The notes: generated from the sequence alone by a model not told the origin. DNA of 64,000 bases from Candidatus Hydrogenedentota bacterium (GCA_963668025.2 CAXXTH010000019.1:1-64000); one strand, 5' to 3'. Counted from the first letter of the stretch, positions 29,900 to 40,156 are shown. Numbers and translations are program-made.

Positions 29900-31657
29900 A
29901 TGCGTACCCGATCATTAAAAGTGATGGCGCTGGCGAGTTTCATCGTCTTTTCGTCCGCCGCACAAGCACAGCCCAATATCACCACGAAGGCGATTACCGA
30001 AACCGATGGAGCGTATCCAGGCGCGGAAGCGCATGTGGCGGTTATCGTAGACATCCCTGAAGGATGGAAGGTCAACGCCAATAAGCCTTTGGATAAAAAC
30101 CTAATCCCGACGGTATTCAGTATCGAGCTGCCGGAAGGATTCACGTTGTCGAGCGTCATTTATCCTGAACCCAAGACGCACCGCCTCGCGGGCCTGGATG
30201 AAGATATGCTGGTGTATCAGGGCCAGATCGTGATAGGCGCGGCCATTCAAATAGCGGCGTCCGCCGCACCGGGCGAATATCCGCTCAAAGGCAAGCTCCG
30301 TTATCAAAGCTGTAATGACACCCAGTGTTATGCGCCAGCAACATTGGATGTGTTGTTCACGCTTAGGGTCGTTCCCGATGGAGCGCCGCTGGCCCGGCGG
30401 CACGAAGACATTTTCGGCAAATTCTCCTTCAGCGAACCGTCTACGCCGAAAGGCCCCGCCACTCCCGCCGCCGCGCCGGACATGGGGCCTAAGGACGCCA
30501 TATCGTTGGATGCTTTCCAGGCGCTCGCCGGCAGTTTCACGGTGGCGGGCCGTAACTCCGGATATATTAGTTCGAATATCTTCCTCGATTGGCTCGAACG
30601 CGCCGAACAGGGAGACCAAACCGCGAGTGAGCTCGGTGCGTTCGCGGGTAAGAGCCTGTGGCTCGTGGCGCTGCTGACGTTATTGGGCGGCGTGCTGCTC
30701 AACCTGACGCCTTGCGTATTGCCCCTGATCCCTATCAACCTGGCCATCATCGGCGCGGGAGCCAGCGCCCAGTCACGCGGGCGCGGATTCGCTCTCGGGG
30801 CGGCGTACGGCGCGGGCATCGCCATTGCCTACGGCGTCCTGGGGGTGTTGGCCGCTATAGCGGGCACGGCGTTCGGCGCGCTCAACGCCTCGCCGTGGTT
30901 CAACCTCGTCATTGCGGTCCTGTTCGTGCTCCTGGTGCTGGCCATGTTCGACGTATTTCTCATCGACCTGTCGCGTTTCCAGTCCAAGGTGGCTATTGGC
31001 CCGAAGAAAGGGAGCTACGTGCTGGCTTTCGTGATGGGCTGCATCGCGGCGCTGCTCGCGGGGGCCTGTGTCGGCCCCGTGGTCATTAGTGTCGTGCTGT
31101 TCGCGCAGAATCTCTATGCCAAAGGTTCGATGTTGGGCTTGGCGCTGCCATTCCTGCTCGGTGCGGGCATGGCTCTCCCGTGGCCGTTCGCGGGCGCGGG
31201 CATGGCCCTGCTGCCTAAACCGGGCATGTGGATGGAGCGTGTAAAATGGATTTTCGGCGTGCTCATCCTGCTGCTGGCGTTGTGGTATGGCGCGGAGAGC
31301 TACCAGTTATTCCGTGGCGCGGATGCCGTGGACACACGCGGCGCGCATGTAAGCAGCAGCCTGGACGAAGAAGGATGGTCCCATTCGCTGGCCGAAGGCC
31401 TCGAACGCGCCAAACAGGAGGGCAAGCCCGTATTCATCGATTTCTGGGCGTCGTGGTGCAAGAATTGCCTCACCATGGACAAAACGACGTTTAGAAACGC
31501 CGCCGTGAAGCAGAAACTCGATGGATACGTGAAGATCAAATTCCAGGCGGAAGACCTGTCCGCCTCGCCCACTAAGGAGATCATGGAACGCTTCGGCGTG
31601 GGCGGGCTGGGGTTGCCGGTGTATGTCGTGGCGCGGCCAAATGAGCCGGGAATTTGA
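29900..31657 (+). CDS. dsbD: DsbD-like thiol:disulfide interchange protein
   Basis: N-domain YQSCNDTQCY, TM domain LTPCVLP...ACVGP, LPKPG.WM, thioredoxin WCKNC. Confidence 0.9.
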   Translation: MRTRSLKVMALASFIVFSSAAQAQPNITTKAITETDGAYPGAEAHVAVIVDIPEGWKVNANKPLDKNLIPTVFSIELPEGFTLSSVIYPEPKTHRLAGLDEDMLVYQGQIVIGAAIQIAASAAPGEYPLKGKLRYQSCNDTQCYAPATLDVLFTLRVVPDGAPLARRHEDIFGKFSFSEPSTPKGPATPAAAPDMGPKDAISLDAFQALAGSFTVAGRNSGYISSNIFLDWLERAEQGDQTASELGAFAGKSLWLVALLTLLGGVLLNLTPCVLPLIPINLAIIGAGASAQSRGRGFALGAAYGAGIAIAYGVLGVLAAIAGTAFGALNASPWFNLVIAVLFVLLVLAMFDVFLIDLSRFQSKVAIGPKKGSYVLAFVMGCIAALLAGACVGPVVISVVLFAQNLYAKGSMLGLALPFLLGAGMALPWPFAGAGMALLPKPGMWMERVKWIFGVLILLLALWYGAESYQLFRGADAVDTRGAHVSSSLDEEGWSHSLAEGLERAKQEGKPVFIDFWASWCKNCLTMDKTTFRNAAVKQKLDGYVKIKFQAEDLSASPTKEIMERFGVGGLGLPVYVVARPNEPGI

Positions 31658-31795
31658 TTCTTTATCACAAAAAAGCCAAGCCACAAGAATTGTATGAGGT
31701 ATGTGAAGCAAAACCTCTCATCTTGGCTGCTCTTTACCTATTCGCATTCATGGGCGTCTATTAACCGCAGGAAAGCATCTCTGTGTTTCTCTATG

Positions 31796-31835
31796 GCCTC
31801 TGTGGTGAATGCTCTGAAAGCTTCACCACAGAGGC
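31796..31835. repeat. Intergenic inverted repeat (CACCACAGAGGC type)
   Basis: Perfect 14-bp IR GCCTCTGTGGTGAA/TTCACCACAGAGGC between convergent genes. Confidence 0.7.
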
Positions 31836-31850
31836 TTGGAAATATATTGC

Positions 31851-32687
31851 TTATTGCGCCGCGGGTGCGGCGAAAGACGCTTTCTTGATGTAGTCCAGTC
31901 CGGGGAATGAGGCGTCCAGGAACGCATTGCCCTGGCGCTGAATCTCGCCTTGCTTGCGGGTGGGCTGGTCTTTATATTTCGAGTTGAACTTATCCACTAC
32001 GTCCATACCCATGACCACCTTGCCGACCGGGGCAAAGCCGGGTTCGTAGGTGTCGAGCGGCTTGTTATCGCCAAAGTTGATGAACACCTGCAAGGTGCGC
32101 GTGTTGGGGCCTGCCGCCGCGAACGAGATCGTGCCGCGCGTGTTGGATTGCTTCACGGGGTCGTCTTTCATGCGCTGGCTGGTCCATTTCGAGCCCACGG
32201 CTGGATCGGCGGGGATGCCCCATTGCACCACGAATCCGGGTACGACTCGGAAGAATTTCGCGCTGTTCCACACTCCATCGCGCACCAAGTCATAGACACG
32301 TTGTGCACCCAATGGCGCCCAATCCTTGCGGAACTCGGCGACGAAATCACCATTCGAGCACTCAAATTTCACATAGAACACGTCGGGAATACCTCCATCG
32401 GGGCCTGTGGGCGGAGTATCGAGGGCTGCATACGCCGAAGCCGTGGCGGCTGCGGGGGCAGGCGCATTGCTTTCGGGCGCGGGCTGGGCCGCTGGGGTCT
32501 CGGTGGATGCTTGTGGCGTGTCTTTACTAGCGTCGTTCACGGGCTGCTCCTTCAGACGACCTTCCGCCGCCAGCGCTTGCTTCAGCGTATCGATCGTCAA
32601 GCGGTTAGGTTTAAAACTATAGAAATACCATCCCGCCGCGCCCGCCGCGATGATGAGCACGAGTACGATGATGATTTTTCCGGCCAT
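31851..32687 (-). CDS. Cyclophilin-type peptidyl-prolyl isomerase, membrane-anchored
   Basis: FFRVVPGFVVQWG, SNTRGTISFA, QVFINFGDN, FAPVGKV. Confidence 0.9.
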   Translation of the reverse strand: MAGKIIIVLVLIIAAGAAGWYFYSFKPNRLTIDTLKQALAAEGRLKEQPVNDASKDTPQASTETPAAQPAPESNAPAPAAATASAYAALDTPPTGPDGGIPDVFYVKFECSNGDFVAEFRKDWAPLGAQRVYDLVRDGVWNSAKFFRVVPGFVVQWGIPADPAVGSKWTSQRMKDDPVKQSNTRGTISFAAAGPNTRTLQVFINFGDNKPLDTYEPGFAPVGKVVMGMDVVDKFNSKYKDQPTRKQGEIQRQGNAFLDASFPGLDYIKKASFAAPAAQ

Positions 32688-32856
32688 GATTGTCTTCTCC
32701 TCTTTTCGTGTGCGGTTCTGCTATTGCCGTTTCCATTGATGTTTTTCGTATCTTGCAGCGGCAAAACGCACCGCACTCACTCAGCCAGCATGATTCGTCT
32801 CCAAAAATCATGCTCCAGATATTGTCATTCCCGCGAAAGGGGATGATTGCATACTA

Positions 32857-33927
32857 TTACTCTTCCAGTTCGCCATGGGGAAAAGACCCCAATACTTTCA
32901 ATTCCTTGCATTGGGTTCTCAACTCTTCCAGCGCTTCCAGGATGGGCGGGTCTTCCGCATGCCCTATCATATCAATAAAAAATACATATTCCCATGCCCG
33001 GCGCTGCGATGGGCGCGACTCGATGCGTGTTAGATTGATGTTGCGCGACGACAACGGAGTAAGCAAGCTGAACAGCGCGCCGGGATGGTCTTGGATAGCG
33101 CAGAGGATAGCGGTCTTGTCTTGTCCCGTACGCTTGGCCATTTGATGGCCGATGACGAAAAAACGGGTGAAGTTGTGCGACGCATCCTCGATGCCTGGCA
33201 CGAGGATGCGGATATCATACATCTCCGACGCCAGTTCGCTGGCGACAGCCGCCGCGCCGGGTTCTTTGGCGGCGATCTTGGCCGCCTCGGCGGTGCTGGC
33301 CGTCTCGATTTGCTGGGCGTTGGGCAGATTCGCCTTGAGCCAATTTCTGCACTGCACAAGCCCCTGGATTTTCGAGTATACCTTGGTGATGGACTCGATG
33401 GGGCCGTTCGACAACAGATTTTGCTTTATGCGCATCATGACTTCATTGACGATCTTGAGGTCGGACGAGAGGAACCGGTCCAGCGTATCGCTCACGCCGC
33501 CGCCCATCGAGGTCTCGGCGGGAACGACCCCGTAATCCACGCGCTTGCGCTCGACTTCCGTGAAGATATCGTCGATAGTGGCGAGCGAGTGGTATTCCGC
33601 ATGGCGTCCGAAGATGCGCATGGCAGCCAGATGCGTGAATGTGGCGGGTGCGCCGAAATACGCAATATCGACAGGCTTTTCGAGGGCCCGAATGGCGCTG
33701 ATGATCTCGCGGTATATGGCCTTGACGGCCCCCGGCGGCAAAGGCCCCGGATTGAGTTCGCGCAAGCGGTTAAAAATAGCCTTTTCACGCTCAGGCACGT
33801 AATACACGGAGCCGCCAGAACGCTTGATCTCCCCGATATCGAGGGCGCGGCGGGCGCGCTCGTTCAACAGCTCCAACACCTCGGCGTCAATGGCGTCGAT
33901 TCGTTCGCGCAATTCATCGAGCTTCAT
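32857..33927 (-). CDS. pheA: Chorismate mutase / prephenate dehydratase (P-protein)
   Basis: LDELRERIDAID CM domain, NFTRFFVI, INLTRIESRPS ACT domain. Confidence 0.96.
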   Translation of the reverse strand: MKLDELRERIDAIDAEVLELLNERARRALDIGEIKRSGGSVYYVPEREKAIFNRLRELNPGPLPPGAVKAIYREIISAIRALEKPVDIAYFGAPATFTHLAAMRIFGRHAEYHSLATIDDIFTEVERKRVDYGVVPAETSMGGGVSDTLDRFLSSDLKIVNEVMMRIKQNLLSNGPIESITKVYSKIQGLVQCRNWLKANLPNAQQIETASTAEAAKIAAKEPGAAAVASELASEMYDIRILVPGIEDASHNFTRFFVIGHQMAKRTGQDKTAILCAIQDHPGALFSLLTPLSSRNINLTRIESRPSQRRAWEYVFFIDMIGHAEDPPILEALEELRTQCKELKVLGSFPHGELEE

Positions 33928-33930
33928 ATG

Positions 33931-36063
33931 CTACGCGTCCTCCAATACTTCCAACGGAGCTGCTTTGACCATAAAATCGCGGGAGCGCCCGGTCTTGAAA
34001 CGCACTCGGGCTTTAAGCTTGTCACCTGAACCCGCAGTAAACATCACGACGCCCTCGCCAAATTTCGCGTGGCGCACGCGCATGCCAATATGGAACGCAC
34101 CGGGTTCGGCGGCCTTAGCTCCCGGTTTGGGCGTGGCTGCTTTATGCGCGGGCTCTTTATCGCGTCCCGCCAGGCCCAATTGCGTCCGGGGGATCTCCCG
34201 TATGAACCGCGAAAGTTCCCGCCGCGAATTTTCGCCATACAGCATGCGCTCGCGCGCCGCCGTGAGCGTGAGCGTTTGGCGCGCACGGGTCATAGCCACA
34301 TAACACAAGCGGCGCTCCTCCTCGACTTCTTCGTCGGAATGCAGCGAGCTGGCATGGGGCAGTAGTCCCTCTTCCAACCCTATCAAGAAAACATGCGCGA
34401 ACTCAAGGCCTTTGGCGCTGTGGCAGGTCATGAGCGTCACGGCGGGCGTATCGGGATCCCAATCGTCCACATCGGTCATGAGCGCCAAATCCTGCAAGAA
34501 GGATTCGAGCCCCATCTCGCCTCCGGCATCGCGCCGGGCGCAGGCCGATATGAATTCATCCACCAGTTCCTTGCGGGAACGGAAATCCTCCTCGCCGCGC
34601 CGCATGAATTCAATGTAGCCCGTTTTATCGAGCAGATGCTTCACCAAATTCGCCAGCCCCTCCTCGCGCTTGGCCTCAAGGGCCAAGTCATCTAGGAGAT
34701 GCACCAATTCAGCGGCCGATTGGCGCGCACGGGGCGCAAACGTCTGGTCGCTTTCGATCTCGCGCAACACCGCCAGCAGCGGGCAATTTCGCGCCGCCGC
34801 GTATTCTTCCAGGCGCTCCTGGGTCGAGGCCCCAATGCCGCGCGTGGGCACGTTGATGATACGCCGCATCGAGACATTGTCCGCCGGATTCACCAGCAGG
34901 CGGAGGTAGGCCAGGATGTCTTTTATCTCCTTGCGGGCATAGAACTTAACGCCTCCAACGACCACATAGGCGATACTTTTCAGGCGGAACGCTTCCTCGA
35001 TGGCCCGGGCCTGGCTGTTCGTACGATACAACACCGCCGTCCGGCCCCGTTCGACGCCCAATTTGCCGATGGCCTCCGCCACGAAATGGGCTTCCTCTTC
35101 GCTATCCGCCGCTTCGTAAAACTGCACCGGTTCGCCGCCTTTTTGGGCGGTCCATAACGTTTTGCCGAGCCGTTGTTCGTTGTGCGAGACGACGGCGTTA
35201 GCGGCGCTTAGAATCGGCGCGGTGCTACGGTAATTCTGCTCGAGGCGGAATACCTTGGCGGAAGGGAAATCCTTCTCGAAATCCAGGATATTGCGAATGG
35301 TCGCACCCCGCCAGCCATAAATGCTCTGATCTTCGTCCCCTACGACAAAGAGGTTGCCATGGCTTTCGGATAACTGGCGCGCAAGCAGATATTGCACCCG
35401 GTTCGTATCCTGGTATTCGTCGATATGGACATATTGATAGCGGCGCTGGTAGCGCTCACGCACCTCCGCGTGTTCCTGGAACAAGCGTACGGGCAGCACG
35501 AGCAGATCATCAAAATCCACCGCGGACGCGCGAAACAGGGCTTCGTGGTAGCCATGCCAGAGGTGGAGGAAGGTCATTTCCTCGAGCGTGGCGGCGTCCT
35601 CGGGCTGGGGCGTGCGGAACTCCTGTTTTTGCAGGCTGATCCAGGCCAAGGCGTCACGCGGCGATACGGCGGTCCACTTCGCATCGAGCGCGCGGATAAG
35701 CTGTTTCACAAGCGACATCTGGTCGGAATCATCGAGCACCGTAAATACCTTCGGCCTGCCCAGGTGCTCGATTTCGCGCCGCAAGATGAATAGCCCGAAA
35801 GAATGGAATGTGCCCAGCCATGCCCCAATGCGCTCTCGTCCGAGGCGGACCGCCACGCGCTGGCGCATTTCCTCGGCGGCCTTGTTGGTGAAGGTCAAGG
35901 CAAGGATATGCCGGGGGTCCACCCCTTGCTCGCCAATCAGCCAGGCGAGGCGCTCGACGATGACGCGGGTTTTACCCGAGCCAGCGCCAGCCAGCACCAA
36001 AGACGCCCCATCGCCGTCCGTGGCTGCCCGCAATTGGGCTTCATTCATTTCCGGCACAAGCAT
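33931..36063 (-). CDS. pcrA: UvrD/PcrA SF1 DNA helicase
   Basis: LAGAGSGKTRV, DEYQDTN, VGDEDQSIY, QNYRST, HSAKGLEF, EERRLCYVAMTRA, C-terminal Tudor-like HAKFGEG. Confidence 0.96.
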   Translation of the reverse strand: MLVPEMNEAQLRAATDGDGASLVLAGAGSGKTRVIVERLAWLIGEQGVDPRHILALTFTNKAAEEMRQRVAVRLGRERIGAWLGTFHSFGLFILRREIEHLGRPKVFTVLDDSDQMSLVKQLIRALDAKWTAVSPRDALAWISLQKQEFRTPQPEDAATLEEMTFLHLWHGYHEALFRASAVDFDDLLVLPVRLFQEHAEVRERYQRRYQYVHIDEYQDTNRVQYLLARQLSESHGNLFVVGDEDQSIYGWRGATIRNILDFEKDFPSAKVFRLEQNYRSTAPILSAANAVVSHNEQRLGKTLWTAQKGGEPVQFYEAADSEEEAHFVAEAIGKLGVERGRTAVLYRTNSQARAIEEAFRLKSIAYVVVGGVKFYARKEIKDILAYLRLLVNPADNVSMRRIINVPTRGIGASTQERLEEYAAARNCPLLAVLREIESDQTFAPRARQSAAELVHLLDDLALEAKREEGLANLVKHLLDKTGYIEFMRRGEEDFRSRKELVDEFISACARRDAGGEMGLESFLQDLALMTDVDDWDPDTPAVTLMTCHSAKGLEFAHVFLIGLEEGLLPHASSLHSDEEVEEERRLCYVAMTRARQTLTLTAARERMLYGENSRRELSRFIREIPRTQLGLAGRDKEPAHKAATPKPGAKAAEPGAFHIGMRVRHAKFGEGVVMFTAGSGDKLKARVRFKTGRSRDFMVKAAPLEVLEDA

Positions 36064-36184
36064 ACCCCTTTTCCATACTGCGTTCTGGCAAAATAGTGCG
36101 TTCTTGAGATAAATTCCTATGCAAACCAGCATCTAGCCTATTTTTTAGACGGGAGAGCGTTGCACCCACCCTCCCACCTTCTCG

Positions 36185-36207
36185 CATAGGTGAGACGCCC
36201 ATGCCAC
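36185..36207 (-). repeat. Single degenerate REP-like unit (family B)
   Basis: Reverse complement GTGGCATGGGCGTCTCACCTATG resembles GTAGCATGGGCGTCCCGCCCATG at 44716-44763. Confidence 0.6.
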
Positions 36208-36366
36208 GGGAATTAAAAACTTCATGGGATGATATATTCGCGGTATATACCCCGTGTTGTGGGTTGCGGCTTGGCCGAGTTGGGCATTTTTTTATTTTTT
36301 CACAAAGCCAAAAGATCGTATGACACCCAGCCCTCGAATTCAAGCACCAAGACCTCTCAAAAACAC

Positions 36367-36393
36367 TCAAGTTTTAGCTCCAACTGCCGATAG
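36367..36393 (+). promoter_or_regulatory. Sigma28 (FliA)-type promoter
   Basis: TCAA-N15-GCCGATAG against consensus TAAA-N15-GCCGATAA; GTTT follows the -35. Confidence 0.75.
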
Positions 36394-36442
36394 ATATGAT
36401 AAGTAAAAGATGCTGACGGATCAGAAAAAGTAAAAGCCAAGG

Positions 36443-36769
36443 ATGGCGGCCATGAACATCACATCTCTTCAGACAAGTGCTTCCTCAAATGGACAATCAA
36501 TTCTGGCTTCTAAAGCAACCCTTAGCCAAAAATCATCTACCGCATCGGCTAACGATTCTTCAGACGCCAGCACATTGTCCATTTCTACAGAGGCCCAGGA
36601 AGCAGCTTCCGCTCAAAACGCCTCTAATGAGCGCCAAGCAGTATTAACCTTGCTCAGCAAGGTGTTTGAGGCATCCACTCAGGCAATCGCTGACGCTTTT
36701 GCCAACACCCCTTCACAGTACACAGGTTCATCCGGCGCGGTAGGCGGCATGTTGAATCTGGCGGCGTAA
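36443..36769 (+). CDS. Small Ser/Ala-rich protein, YjfB-like (putative motility-regulon protein)
   Basis: AAGG RBS, sigma28-type promoter, own terminator; C-terminus G.VGGMLNLAA and an internal TLSISTEAQ segment. Confidence 0.6.
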   Translation: MAAMNITSLQTSASSNGQSILASKATLSQKSSTASANDSSDASTLSISTEAQEAASAQNASNERQAVLTLLSKVFEASTQAIADAFANTPSQYTGSSGAVGGMLNLAA

Positions 36770-36815
36770 GGACAACTTTCCGGCAAAACAATTGCTGGAA
36801 TGGGCGGCCGCAATG

Positions 36816-36859
36816 AATACGGAGGAGCAGGGCAGTTCATGCCTTGCTCCTCCGTATTT
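36816..36859 (+). terminator. Rho-independent terminator split by the intron
   Basis: 19-bp stem (one G-U) AATACGGAGGAGCAGGGCA/TGCCTTGCTCCTCCGTATT; the T-tract continues at 40111-40114. Confidence 0.85.
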
Positions 36860-38261
36860 GTGTGCCAAGCATGGCGCGGATCTAAGGGGTGTAAGTCCCC
36901 TGCAAGCCCTGATGGTGGGAATTGCTAGCCAAGAGCAAGGGCGTCGCCGCGAGGCGGGGTCTGGAGGAAGCAGGAGGCAAAAGTCGGACTCGACGCACAG
37001 AAACCGGATAGAAGGCCGGGGTGGCGGGGCAAGCCAGCAATGGATGGCGACGCCCAATAACCATTCGGACACACACCTTGGTAAATCCGGCGAGGCCCGG
37101 CGGAAAGAGGCGCGTCTTACCTTGGGAGACCTGTTCATCTGTCTGGAAGAGCCAGACTAGCGGGATGGCAACATGTCGCGAGGGGTGGGCAGGAGTCAGC
37201 CGAGGCCATAATACCCGCAAGGGGAAGGGCCGAATCGATCATTCAAGGAGCAGCATTGAACGTCTCGTGGGATAGGGAGCGGCAGGAAGTAGCAGGTTGC
37301 CAGATGGAGTTCCCACTGGAGTCGGCTTGCCACGGCGCAATCGGAGAAGGCGGAACCGAATCGGATGCGTTCGAGGCGCGGCAACTATCCCCGGCGGCGA
37401 ACAAGAGGCGAGCCTTGACGCAAGACTTGATGGAACGGGTCGCGAGTCTTGCGAACCTGACGGAAGCGGTACGCCGGGTGCAACGGAACAAAGGCGCGGC
37501 GGGTGCGGACGTCATGAGCGTACGCGACCTGAAGCGTTGGTTTCCGGAACACTGGCGGGGACTGCAAGAGGAACTGACGGCAGGGCGCTACCGTCCCCAA
37601 CCGGTGTTGGGAGTGCAAATCCCCAAGCCGGGCGGGGGGATGCGGCAACTGGGCATTCCGACGGTGGTGGACCGAGTCGTGCAACAAGCGCTCTTGCAGG
37701 CTCTCGAACCGCTTCTAGACCCGGCCTTCTCGGAAAGCAGTTATGGATTTCGTCCAAGGCACAATGCACATCAGGCGCTGCGGCAAGCCAGCACGTACGT
37801 AAGCGAAGGCCGCTGCATTGTTGTGGACATGGACCTGGAAAAATTCTTCGACCGGGTCAACCACGACATCCTGATGGCGCGCGTGGCGCGGCACGTGTCA
37901 GACAAACGCGTACTCCGACTCATCCGCTGGTTTCTTGAAGTCGGCATGATGCAGAACGGCGTATGCATCGAACGATACGAAGGGACCCCGCAAGGCGGTC
38001 CTCTATCGCCGCTGCTGGCCAACCTGCTCTTGGACGACCTGGACAAGGAGTTGGAGAAACGAGGGCATCGTTTTTGCCGCTATGCGGACGACTGCAACAT
38101 TTACGTGCAGACGATACGCGCGGGAGAACGTGTCCTGACATCGGTCACGCAGTTCCTTGAGGGGAAACTGAAACTACGGGTGAACCGCGAGAAGAGCGCG
38201 GTGGCGTTCGTGGGAGAGCGGAAATTTTTGGGTTATCGCTTGCTGGGTGGGGGGCGATTGG

Positions 38262-39607
38262 CATAAGCGCTAACCTTATTTGATGTCTCCTGACGAATCT
38301 TCTATACTGGGTGCATGGAAGCAGCGTGGAATGAGAATTGGCAGTGTTTACAGCGTTTTCTCCCTGCTGGATGGGAGGACAAGGCTCGTGAATTGGGCGC
38401 GTGGCACCGCAAGCCTCGTTCTATATCGTCGACGGAATCGCTCCTGCGCTTGCTGTTGATCCATTTGGCGGATGGGTGTTCTCTGCGTGAGGCTGTCGTT
38501 CGTGCTCGAGAAGGGAATGTGGCGTCCGTGTCGGATGTGGCACTTCTTAAGCGGTTGCGTGCTTCGGGGGAATGGCTGCGGTGGATGGCCGTAGAGATAC
38601 TTCAACGTCGCGCGGGACCGTGCGTTCGGCCTGCATGGCTGGAGTATTACCGTGTTCGCGTCGTGGATGCGAGCGTTGTCTGCGAACCGGGAAGCACGGG
38701 AACGGACTGGCGCGTTCACTACAGCCTATGTTTATACGGTCTTCAATGCGATGAGTTTCATATTACCGGCCCGAAGGTTGGAGAGAGTTTCGCGCGATTC
38801 CGAGTCTCGCCTGGCGACCTATTGCTCGGAGATCGTGCTTATGGGCATCTCAAAGGTTTTCGTTATGTGCTCGGCCATAACGGGAACTTTCTGACGCGTC
38901 TTAAGAATAAAGCCTTCAGTCTTCGGAATGGCGCAGGGAACACCTGTCCACTGGCTGGATTGGTGGCGTCTCTAGAGGTAGGGGAAGTGGGTGATTGGGC
39001 CCTGATTGGCCAGGCAAAGGGGCAGGAGGAGCTGGCGCTACGGATCTGTGCGCTGCGTTTGAGCGAGGAAGCCGCCGCGCAAAGCATCCGCCGGGCGAAG
39101 AAAGAGCTAAGCAAGAAGCAACGGAGTCTGGATCCCGAAACGCTTGTGCTGCATCGCTACGTCATACTGGCCACATCCTTGCCGGATTCAATATCGCCGC
39201 ACCAGGTTATCGAGTTGTACCGGGCGCGCTGGCAGGTGGAGTTGGCCTTCAAACGGATGAAGTCGATTATGGGATTGGGACACTTGCCAAAGGAAGACGA
39301 GGAGTCGGCCAAGGCTTGGCTCCACGGCAAAATGCTTGTCTCCTGCCTTGCCCAGGCCATTGTTGATGAGGGGCGCTTTTTTTCCCCCTGGGGATATCCA
39401 CTGTGACGATATCTACCGCGAGGCCTCCTTGTGGCGCGAACTCTCTTTCGCCTTGCACCTCCTTCGCCAAGCGGTCAATCCGACGCTTGGATTATCCGAA
39501 TGCATCAGCCAGTGGCGGGAAATCGCGAGAGATCTGGCAGAGCCCCCAAGGAAGCGAATGCAACAGTTGCGTGGTTTGATGGAGGCAATATAAGGTTAGC
39601 GCTTATG
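38262..39607 (+). mobile_element. IS4-family insertion sequence, 1346 bp
   Basis: Perfect 18-bp IRs CATAAGCGCTAACCTTAT; perfect 11-bp TSD GGGGCGATTGG (38251-38261, 39608-39618). Confidence 0.95.
38315..39406 (+). CDS. IS4-family DDE transposase
   Basis: VVDAS, LGDRAY, YRARWQVELAFKRMKS (YREK motif). Confidence 0.93.
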   Translation: MEAAWNENWQCLQRFLPAGWEDKARELGAWHRKPRSISSTESLLRLLLIHLADGCSLREAVVRAREGNVASVSDVALLKRLRASGEWLRWMAVEILQRRAGPCVRPAWLEYYRVRVVDASVVCEPGSTGTDWRVHYSLCLYGLQCDEFHITGPKVGESFARFRVSPGDLLLGDRAYGHLKGFRYVLGHNGNFLTRLKNKAFSLRNGAGNTCPLAGLVASLEVGEVGDWALIGQAKGQEELALRICALRLSEEAAAQSIRRAKKELSKKQRSLDPETLVLHRYVILATSLPDSISPHQVIELYRARWQVELAFKRMKSIMGLGHLPKEDEESAKAWLHGKMLVSCLAQAIVDEGRFFSPWGYPL

Positions 39608-40156
39608 GGGGCGATTGGGCATCGCGCCCAAGAGCCTCGACCGGGCGAAAGACCGCATCCGCGACATCACGCGACGCAACCGCGGCGACGCCAAAGTGCG
39701 CCAGATGATTGAGGAGCTCAACAGCTTCCTGAGCGGCTGGATAACCTACTATCGGTTTGCCGAAGCAAAGGGCCATCTGGAACGCCTCGGGGAATGGATG
39801 CGGCGCAAACTGCGCTGCGTCATCCTCAAACGCCTCAAGCGCACGAAAACCATAGCGGACTTCCTTAGAAAACTAGGCGTGCCGCAATTTCAGGCGTGGA
39901 TACTCGCAGGGTCCGGGAAGGGCTGGTGGCGCAAAGCGGGGAGTCCTCCCGCGCAACACGCCATGGACAAACAATGGTTCGCGAAACAAAAACTGATAGA
40001 CCCGGTTCAACGGTACGAAACGTTCAAAAATGACCGAAACCGCCGTGGTACCGAGCAGGTATGCCCGGTGGTGTGAGAGGGGGGGACCGTGAGGAACCCC
40101 CCTACTCGATTTTTGAGCTGGCCCCAGGGTCATTGCATTAAAAACAACCTCGGATT

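Larger units (their letters stand above)
37256..40076 (+). pseudogene. ltrA: Group II intron RT/maturase interrupted by IS4 (segments 37256-38261 and 39619-40076)
   Basis: RQLGIPTVVDR, DMDLEKFFD, GTPQGGPLSPLL, RYADD, FLGY; maturase GWITYYR. Removing the IS restores a 487-aa frame (..GGRL-GIAPKS..) with no endonuclease domain. Confidence 0.93.
36860..40110 (+). mobile_element. Group IIC intron (about 1894 bp once the nested IS4 and one TSD copy are removed)
   Basis: 5' GTGTG; domain V AACCGCCGTGGTACCGAGCAGGTATGCCCGGTGGTG with CGC triad; domain VI ending CCTACTCGAT; RT ORF; inserted just after a terminator stem. Confidence 0.93.

Noticed and set aside
36792-37275. Short ORFs upstream of the RT
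   Set aside because: They overlap structured intron RNA domains I-III.
37256-38266. RT as a retron, DGR or defence RT
   Set aside because: A maturase domain, a GTGTG start and domains V/VI identify a group II intron; no TR/VR pair or msr-msd is seen.
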